47,819 nt of DNA. Source: Octopus bimaculoides. Its lineage: Eukaryota. Under the pieces are notes generated by a model. The model did no database searches, had not been told where the DNA came from, and saw nothing but the letters and a program-made list of their open reading frames with translations. The position numbers were made by a program, and so were the translations under genes. How positions within the stretch are numbered: the first letter of the stretch is position 1; the number at the start of each line of letters is the position of its first letter. Below, piece by piece: positions 38,661 through 47,819 of this stretch. The stretch is from NCBI RefSeq assembly GCF_001194135.2, contig NC_068985.1:108547382-108595200 (forward strand). Reading direction: 5' to 3'.

Positions 38661-39180
38661 AGAAAAATTATCAGTGACAGACTAAAAGCACCGAACTATT
38701 TTTTTTGGCTAAAATGTTAATTGAAATTATCTTTCACTAACTTTGTAATAATTTGCCATTTAAAATAAAAAGGAAACAAAATACAGATTAATACAGATTA
38801 TAAAATAAAAATTAAATTGAATTAAAACAAAGACAAAACAGATGACATATTGGAATCAAATATGAATTGTATGAAGAGTAATTGTTTGGTAGAGCGGCAA
38901 AAACAGAAACGACACATGCTGTACATATATTCTACACTATATTCTGCCATCTTTATTTATTTATTTATTTATTTATTTCACCCAGTTTTCTCCATTCGAC
39001 ATAGCTGCGCTGCGATATATTACAATGTAGACACACAGGAAATATATCAGTACAATAGGATCTGATCATATTAGATTTTGTTGTGCCATCTTTTGTCTGA
39101 CTTTGGTTCAGAAAGTAAATAGGAGTTGCTTGCTGCAGGGAAATATTGATTGGAATCACACACACACACACACACGCACG

Positions 39181-39224
<44 letters not shown>

Positions 39225-40403
39225 CACACAGAGGCATACATGCATACGTACAAACATACACACACCTATATCATGTACACACAAGTGTGCACAAAAACAC
39301 ATAGAAACACCTGTGTATATGTATGTAAATGTAGGTAACCCTGTGTGTACGGACGTACATACATACACACACACACACGCATGCATATATATTTTATATA
39401 CAGATATATACATATATATATATGTTTATATACATTTACATACATATATATATATATATATATACTGAGACATACACGCACACATACATATATATATATG
39501 CATATGCACACACATACATGTACAAACCTATATGCATATATATACATATATATATACGTATAAACAAATGCATACTTACATATACACACACACACACACA
39601 CATATATTCACACACAAACACATACACATACATAATCATAGAACAAAACAACAAACAAGGACAACAATGGTTCTTTTCAGTGTTTGATTGTTTTCCTAGG
39701 TTGCTTCCCGTTTATTTATTCCCCCTTATCACTTATTTCATTTTAAAAGATAAGATTTTATGCACATTTCAAACTAGTTTATTTTAGCGTACAAACAAAA
39801 AAAGTGAGCCACGTTGTCTTGTTGCCCTATAGAGACAAGAACAAATAATTTGATGCAAATGAAATAACGGTTGTAAAACTGCAAGAAAAAAAAAATGCCT
39901 TTTGTACAGAGGTAAATAGTTCTCTAGTTTGCCACCTACTCGTACCACTTAAGGCAAAGGAAAAAGAAAAAAAAAGAAAAGAAAAAGAAGAATTATTTTA
40001 GTTTAACAACCGCCCTCATCTTCACCACTCTTATTTTAAAAGTTTGTTCGGATTATTCTCTTCATTTGAAAGTATAAAAAAAAACTAAAAAAAATAAATA
40101 AATAAAAAATAAAAAAAGAATTAACGGAAATAAAGAGAATGGGAAATGCTTTTACAAAGCTTCGTGGAGTCTGAATACTTCTCGGGAATTTTTGCGATAT
40201 AAGTTTTAGAGTAGAAGACAATATATTGATTCTTATAGCTATTGTGCAAAAACCGTGATTGTCAAACAAGGAATTGATTGTTCTTACTACTGTGTAACAG
40301 ACTGACTGTATTTCTTGTCTCCTATCATTGACTGACTAATAACTGTAAAACTACTTATACAAACTTATTGTTGACAAACAACTATTATAGATGCTGCTAT
40401 GCA

Positions 40404-40900
40404 AAGTGTTTTAATAGAATGCCTATGTTGGCTTTAACTCTTTCAAACTAAGAGTAAGCATTAATGGGTCTGATTTTGTTTGAGTTTAACCCTGAATGAC
40501 GCAAAATCGGGTAGCCATATGCTTTCTTTTATTTTTCTGGCGTTTACGGTTCACCAATTAGGAGAAACGTTGTTATTGATAGCCGTATGGTACACAAGTG
40601 TTTTAATAGAAAGCTATTGTTAGTTTAAACTCTTTGAAACCTCAGGTACGCATTATAGGGCACGACTTCGTTTGTGCATATCCCTGCAAGACACAAAAGC
40701 GGACAGCCACATTTGTATCTATGCCAGTGTTTACAGCTCGCTAATGGACAGAAACATTATCATTTTCAATCGTAAACACAAAACCATGCGACAGCTGTAG
40801 TTTGCGTATTCTAGGGGTAAAGTCAAACGAAATCACACCCGCTAAAGCGTATTCGCAGTTTAAAAGTATTAATAGAAAGTTAGTGTAGATATCAGCATGG
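40404..40900. repeat. Three diverged copies of a 117-bp module (40404-40520 +, 40596-40712 +, about 40786-40900 -)
   Basis: Copies 1 and 2 align without gaps at about 73% identity (32 mismatches in 117 by my count); the reverse complement of copy 3 shares tacgc.tta..ggg..tgattt.gtttga.ttta.ccct...acgcaaa. Confidence 0.75.
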
Positions 40901-40971
40901 CAAACTGATAAAGAAAGTCGTTCCATAGTCGTAAGATCCCGGATCCAATCTTACTTTATGGTATTTTAGTA

Positions 40972-41227
40972 GTAAAGTAAAGTTCCTTCCCAAGTCATCC
41001 CGACTCATAAGGGCTAGTTTCTCGGTTTCCATGGCCTATAAATTCCTCAACTGGACAGGGCGCCAATCCGTCGCACGATTACTCATTTTTGCCAGCTGAG
41101 TGGACTGGAGTAATGAGAAGCGTTGTGTTTTACTCAAGAAGTCAATGCGTTGCTCGGTCCAGGAATCGAAACCGCAATCATACGATCATGAGTCCAACAC
41201 CCTAACCACTAAGCCACGCGCCTCCAC
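40972..41227 (-). mobile_element. tRNA-derived SINE, family D (OR-like)
   Basis: Minus-strand head GTGGAGGCGCGTGGCTTAGTGGTTAGGG (A-box)...GGTTTCGATTCC (B-box), followed by a non-tRNA body. Confidence 0.85.
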
Positions 41228-41777
41228 ATGATATTTTAAGCAAGTCTTTTGTTTACTATAACCCTAGTTTGATTCAAGTTATAAAACAAAATTCGTTTGA
41301 CAGTGTAGAAGTGCTTCAGATTTATTGCATTTCTAATTCAAAAGCCTAGCCTTACTACACACTGTGTCACGTCCATTCAAGCTGAACTTCCAGCTCATTG
41401 AATTAGCATGTAACTGGCTGAGTATTACTCAACCGCTATGGTTCAGTTTGCTAGCAGTTCCCTTGATCGAGTAACTGTAATGCTTATCGTCGGCAATGAC
41501 GGGTTCTCGTATTTTACTTAACTTAGTGATTGGTTGTATAATATACATAAATAAATACATAGTTATTACTGAGGTATTATCAATCTAAATAAAATACTTT
41601 ATAAGCTCTCTGTTAGCACACCAGGCTAACAATATTGCTTGGATTAGTAAGGAACTCTGCGTATCCCTGTAGCAGGGTTCGAGTTTATATTTCACCATTC
41701 AATATTGCATAGCCATGGGTATGTTCCAGTTATACTGGCGTTTACACGGAGCGATATATCACTGAGTATGTAGAGAG

Positions 41778-41840
<63 letters not shown>

Positions 41841-43009
41841 AACTGACATAACCACTAAACGGCATTAGATAAAATGGGCAGAACATTAGTTAGCTCCTTC
41901 TGTGATGTAATCCGAAACTTGATTGATTCCGTCTGGGTCAACCCCCAAGTTACCACACACGTCAGTGATAATTCATCATAGATCATGCGTGTGATGTTTC
42001 TGGGAGCTATTATATTATTGTATTTACATTTTTACCCTTAAAAAATGGTGGGGAATATTTGCACCTAAGTAACAAGCATAATAAGCATCCCTAATTTAAC
42101 CATGATTGTGCTGAAATAAGTGCGGCCAATGCATAAATGTGTACCAAATATTTTTGCTAACATTGTATTACTAAAGAAAACAATCATTGGATTCGCCTTT
42201 GTCACAAAGCTGATAAATAACGTTTGTTAATCTAGTTTATTTATTTATTTATTTTTCTATTTATTTATTTATTTACATGGCTTCATTTAACAAATCTGAG
42301 ACCTTGAGGGATAAACACAGAGCATAATATATTTTACACTGATTGGCTGGTTGTTAGTCCAGACCATTGTCAGTTCAGCAAACTGCTACACTACTTGCAC
42401 AAACAGTAACCAAGAAGCCAAAGAGGAAGTCTCAACGGCGTCATTACACTTGCTAGAAATATCAGTCAAATAGTCTTGCAAAAAAAAAGAAAAAAAAAGA
42501 AATCGAATGTTATATTAGATCGTGCGGTCCAAGACTCAATGTGTAAAAATAAATCGTGATGGTCATGGCTAGAATTTGTTTACAGATTAATTATAGGCCT
42601 GATTCAGAGCTTACCTGATTTAATGCCACCGTATAGCTATACTCCGTTGCGAAATTTCGGGCTAAGTATCGACCCTGAGGTTAAATATCTCAGCAGTCAC
42701 AGAGGCCCTAAAGTGGGGATCAGATGTGCTGACCTTCTTTTTTTGGTTAAGCCATTATATAATTAAAAAAAACCAACAAAAACAACAAAAGCAACATAAA
42801 GGTGACCGTCTAATTATCAATTGTGGTAGCTTTATATTACTTGACATCCGCTTTACTTTATCAGAGAAGAAGGCATGTTTATGCTTTGGTGCGTTGGCTT
42901 TTTCATGTCACATGAACCTCTTTATGCAAACTGGTGTGCAGCTTTATATTTTCTGTTTTATGTTACTTGAGGCAGCTGTATATTCTAATGAGCAAACTCA
43001 TGTTAGCTA

Positions 43010-43460
43010 GGGGAGCTTTAATTCCTCTGGTGTAGCTTTATGTTATCCAGAGCAGTTTTATGTTATCCAGAGCAGTTTTATGTAACCCAGACATATTTAT
43101 ATCTTTTGGGACGGGTTTTCGCTCCCTGGGCAGGTGTATGTCTCTTGGGGTATATCTATGTTATGATGTCAGACTCAAGTTACTTGGGGGTAGGTTTATG
43201 TTCCATGAACGACCTTATGTTATATGAAGGAAGTTTTTATTCTGTGGGGCAAGTTTGTAGTCCTTGGGTGAGACTAATGTGCCCTGGGTAAGCTTTATAT
43301 AGCTTGGTAGTTGCAGCATTATATTAGCTGTGTCAGTTCTTTATTCCTTAGGACAATTTTATGGGACTTGAGACGGAATAATGTTCCCTGGAGCAGCTTT
43401 ATGTTATCTGGGCAAGATTTGTTACCTGGGCAGGTGTATGATCCCGAGTAGTTTTATGCT
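43010..43460. repeat. Degenerate about 20-bp minisatellite
   Basis: Unit gcagttttatgttatccaga (2-3 near-perfect copies at about 43020-43090) decaying into gggcaggtgtatg...cctg variants. Confidence 0.65.
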
Positions 43461-44589
43461 ACCTTCGACAGCTGGTCATCGACCTTCCCGCTGACCTTCC
43501 AGGGAGCATCATTACCATCGTCACCATCGTTATCATCTTTTTTATCCTCTTTATTGTCATCCTTATTAGTTATCCTTGTCTTCATTATCTTCGTGGTTGT
43601 CGTCATCGCCGTCGTGGTCTTCACCTTGTCCAACATCGTCATAATAATTTTAATCACCACCACCACCACCACCACCACCGCCACCACCAACACCACCACC
43701 ACCACCAGCAACACCATCATCATACATAACAACAGCAATCAATAAGTCACTTTCTATTCAAAATGATATATAGCTTTACGTGATTAAAACCTGACACACG
43801 CACACACATGCACACTCACACACACACACACATACGCTTACACACACACATACGCTTACACACACACACATACGCTTACACACATAGCTGTACGCATATA
43901 GCCACACTCACATGAATGAGAAAACAAACGCACGCACACACAGCACTCACACATACACACACAATCGCACGCACGCACGCACGCAAACACACACACATGC
44001 ACACACACACACACACACGCTTACACACACCGCTGCACGCATATAGCCACACTCACATGACCGGGAAAACAAACACACGCACACACAGCACTCACACATA
44101 TAAAACACTACACACACATATATACACACACACAGCACTCACACATATAAAACACTACATACACATATACACACACACACACATAATCAGTCTCACACAT
44201 ACAAGTACACACACGTATTATAACAAGGTACTAGCGAGAACCAATTCCTCTGTACACCAAATCAATTGACAAGACACCATTTGCTAACAATTAATCTGGC
44301 GTGAAAGGTTTTTAACTGACAAAAGCGGATCTTCCACATTAATAACGCAGAACCATATTCTGTCACACTCGGCCATCACTCACGAATTTTCAGTTGTGAT
44401 TTAAGACCCTGGAAAAAATTCCAAAAAAAAAAAAGACAAAAAAACAAACAAACAGAAAGTAATTGATCAAGTTGGAAGTGATGTGGCTGTTATTGCTTTT
44501 GCAGTCGTTGTTGCTATTGTTGCTGTAGTCGTAGACGGTGATGTTGGTGTTGTCGCTGTTTTCTTCCCCGTTGATGTTGCTGCTCTCTT

Positions 44590-45545
44590 TCTTTTATCTC
44601 TCCTCCTCCTCCTGCTCCTGCTCCTCCTACTCCTACTCCTGCTCCTCCTACTCCTGCTCCTCCTGCTCCTGCTCTTCCTGCTCCTCCTCCTGCACCTCCT
44701 CCTCCTGCACCTCCTCCTTCTGCACCTCCTCCTCCTGCACCTGCTCCTCCTGCTCCTCCTCCTGCACCTCCTCCTGCTCCTCCTTCTCCTGCTCCTCTTG
44801 CTCCTGCTACTGCTCCTGCTCCTCCTTCTCCCCCCCTCTTCCCCCTCCCAACCCAATCCTCCTCCTTCTCCTTCTTCTCCTCCTCTTCCTCTTCATCCCC
44901 TCCTCCCCCTCCTCACCCTCCTCATTTTCGTTCTTCTAATTTCATTCTTCCCACGATCCTTCCTCCTCCTCATTTTCATTTTTCTACTTCTCATTCTCCT
45001 CCTCCTCCTCCTCCTCCTCATCATCATCCTCATTTTCATTCTTCTTCTAATTCTCATTCTTCTTCCCACGATCCTTTCTCCTCCTCCTCCTCCTCATTTT
45101 CATTCTTCTAATTCTCATTCTTCTTCTCATGATTCCTCCTCCTCCTCCTCCTCCTCATCATCCTCATTTTCATTCTTCTTCTAATTCTCATTCTTCTTCC
45201 CACGATCCTTTCTCCTCCTCCTCCTCCTCATTTTCATTCTTCTAATTCTCATTCTTCTTCTCATGATTCCTCCGCCTCCTAATTCTCATTCTTTTTCCCA
45301 TGATCCTCTCTCCTGTTCCTCCTCCTCATTTTCCTTCTTCTTCTAATTCTCATTCTTCTTCCCATGATCCTTCCTCCTCCTCATTTTTCTTCTTCTTCTA
45401 ATTCTCATTCTTCTTCACATGATCCTTTCTCCTCCTCCTCCTCCTCCTAATTTTCATTCTTCTAATTCTGATTCTTCTTCACATGATCCTTCCTCTTACT
45501 CCTCCCCTCTTCCTCCACTCGTCTTCCTCTTTTTCCTCCTCTTTC
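44590..45545. repeat. Polypyrimidine domain: (CTC/CTG)n then an about 50-bp tandem array
   Basis: Unit ttcttctaattctcattcttcttcccacgatcctttctcctcctcctcctcattttca repeated about 9-10 times at 44920-45490. Confidence 0.88.
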
Positions 45546-45669
45546 AAGGTCAGCTGTGATTCAGGAAACGGTTGGTTGTGGTATTTGTTTTGGGGGAAAG
45601 ACCTGGCGACCTGACATTACTTATATCTAAGACCAACACTAAAACTCAATAAAAATATTGATTTGAAAT

Positions 45670-45950
45670 TTTAGCCCAAGGCCATCAATTCCGGAAGAGG
45701 GATTTAAGTCGATTAGATCGACTCAGTACTCAGCTGGTACTTATTTTATGTATGTGCTGTACATTGGCTCACTGAAATCGACGTTGCCTTAACAGGTGCA
45801 CGGTGTACCACGTATTGGATGTTGCTGTGATTACAGAATAACAGGAGTTGAAGTCATTTGCCCAGGAAAAGTTCTTGGACCACTTTTTCCAAGAATTGAA
45901 ACAACGATCATCGCGATTAGGAATGCAACATCCTAACCACTAGGCCATGT
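45670..45950 (-). mobile_element. Family-B SINE 3' fragment (45670-45750) and degenerate family-D SINE (45820-45950)
   Basis: aagtcgattagatcgactcagtactcagctggtacttatttt; tttgcccaggaaa...gaattgaaacaacgatc...cctaaccactaggccatg. Confidence 0.65.
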
Positions 45951-46484
45951 TCCGTTCTTTCACCTCCCATATACAGAACAGTAGGTAATACATTCACTGG
46001 TATTACAAAGAGCTGCCGTTATAATTGTTTCACCACAGGCTTCCCAGATGGTTCCCGATTATAAATGTACAAAAGAAAGATTGTGGGGTGGTGGAAGCAT
46101 ATATAAAGCTACCTAATGCACCAGACACCTCGGACCTTGGTCAGAATATATGAGCCACATGTTTCAAAGAAAGCTGACCTCAAAGGTTAGAGAGAAAGGG
46201 TTTAAGCCAGTCGTGAACAATAGCCATGAGATTATTCTAATGAGTTTCATCACCATTAAAACGCCATGACGAGTGGCGCTAAAATTATTTTATCCAGAAA
46301 ATAATATCTCAGAGATCACAAAGCGATGACGGGGCAAGAGGATTATTATTGCAAACAAAACATAAAAGACGACTTAGAAAATTAGAAAAAAAATATAAAG
46401 ATGCATATAAAAATATAAATAATCTATATTATAATAAGCATAATCAAAGTATATATCTGTCAGTCTTTTAAGCTATCTATCTAT

Positions 46485-46590
46485 CTTTCTATCTATCTAT
46501 CTATCTATCTATGTATCAGTCAATATACATATACACATATACATACAAACATACGTATACATACACACATGTACACACACACACACACAC

Positions 46591-46664
<74 letters not shown>

Positions 46665-46719
46665 NNNNNNNNNNNNNNNNNNNNNNNNNNNNNNNNNNNN
46701 NNNNNNNNNNNNNNNNNNN

Positions 46720-46762
<43 letters not shown>

Positions 46763-47090
46763 GTACATTATATATATATCGATACACATGTATTATATTT
46801 ATATATGTAAATACACATGTGTGTATATATATAAGCGTATATAAATATACACGACAATACATGTATATACATACGTACATACATACATATATACATACGT
46901 ACATGCCTGCGTCCATACATATATACAAACTTATAAGTAGGCATTTATCATTTCTTGGCGAGACGTTCCATAAATATTTCAATATTTCTAACTCAAAATA
47001 TTCATATTTAGTCATGAAATCTCCCCTTTATTGCTTCAATATTGTTTTTACTATTTTGGTAGTTATAAAGATCGTTCAGCTGTATTCATA

Positions 47091-47122
<32 letters not shown>

Positions 47123-47158
47123 CATACATATATATATACATACATATATATATATACA

Positions 47159-47198
<40 letters not shown>

Positions 47199-47319
47199 CA
47201 TACAGACATATACAGACATATACAGACATACACATATATATATAAACATACATACATATAAGAATATATATATGTATGTATACCAATGTATGTATGTATA
47301 TATACATATGTATATATAC

Positions 47320-47367
<48 letters not shown>

Positions 47368-47596
47368 NNNNNNNNNNNNNNNNNNNNNNNNNNNNNNNNN
47401 NNNNNNNNNNNNNNNNNNNNNNNNNNNNNNNNNNNNNNNNNNNNNNNTATATACACGCACTCACGCACACATTCACATACACAGACGCATATGCATATTT
47501 GAAAGAACCCACATAATAACGCTAAGCTCTCTCTCTGGCATGTAATTATTTGGTATAATACATACATTCATTCATTCATACATACATACATACAAT

Positions 47597-47629
<33 letters not shown>

Positions 47630-47656
47630 CAAACACACACACACATATATATATAT

Positions 47657-47698
<42 letters not shown>

Positions 47699-47819
47699 CA
47701 TAGAGAAAGAAGGAGAGAGAGATTTAAAAAGGCAGAAGCTTAATATCTTGCAACAAATATTTATTTACATGCGAGAACAAGAGTAAGTGGCCGACAGATA
47801 TATATATATATATATATAT
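46485..47819. repeat. (TA)n/(TACA)n/(CA)n microsatellite field with two gaps
   Basis: Direct reading. Confidence 0.92.

Noticed and set aside
44483-45184. 233-aa Leu-rich ORF and its Arg-rich antisense ORF
   Set aside because: Direct translations of the CTC/CTG low-complexity tract; no domain content.

Overview
AT-rich, microsatellite-saturated eukaryotic DNA from a gapped short-read scaffold (14 N-runs, most flanked by simple repeats). The tRNA-derived SINE families and repeat spectrum match what I recall of coleoid cephalopods, most likely Octopus (inference, no search run). I can support no intact host protein-coding gene; ORFs in the supplied track are microsatellite/N artefacts or transposon relics. 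Recognisable content: at least four tRNA-derived SINE families; decayed mariner, hAT (Buster/Charlie-like), R4/Dong-type RLE LINE, L1/Tx1-type APE and Penelope-like (PLE) GIY-YIG fragments; and a Merlin-type MITE (GG-ended 28-bp TIRs, 8-bp TSD) with a TTAGGG core. The most interesting part is a PLE/hammerhead-ribozyme (HHR) cluster at about 27.7-31.2 kb. It holds a 372-bp element that is a near-perfect 162-bp-arm palindrome with an identical minimal HHR on each strand and a 13-bp TSD, a centre-deleted HHR-less sibling with its own 13-bp TSD, and two further HHR motifs of other families (one with a core variant). An unexplained 117-bp module is present three times (two direct, one inverted) at 40.4-40.9 kb. 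Coordinates of degenerate repeats are approximate.
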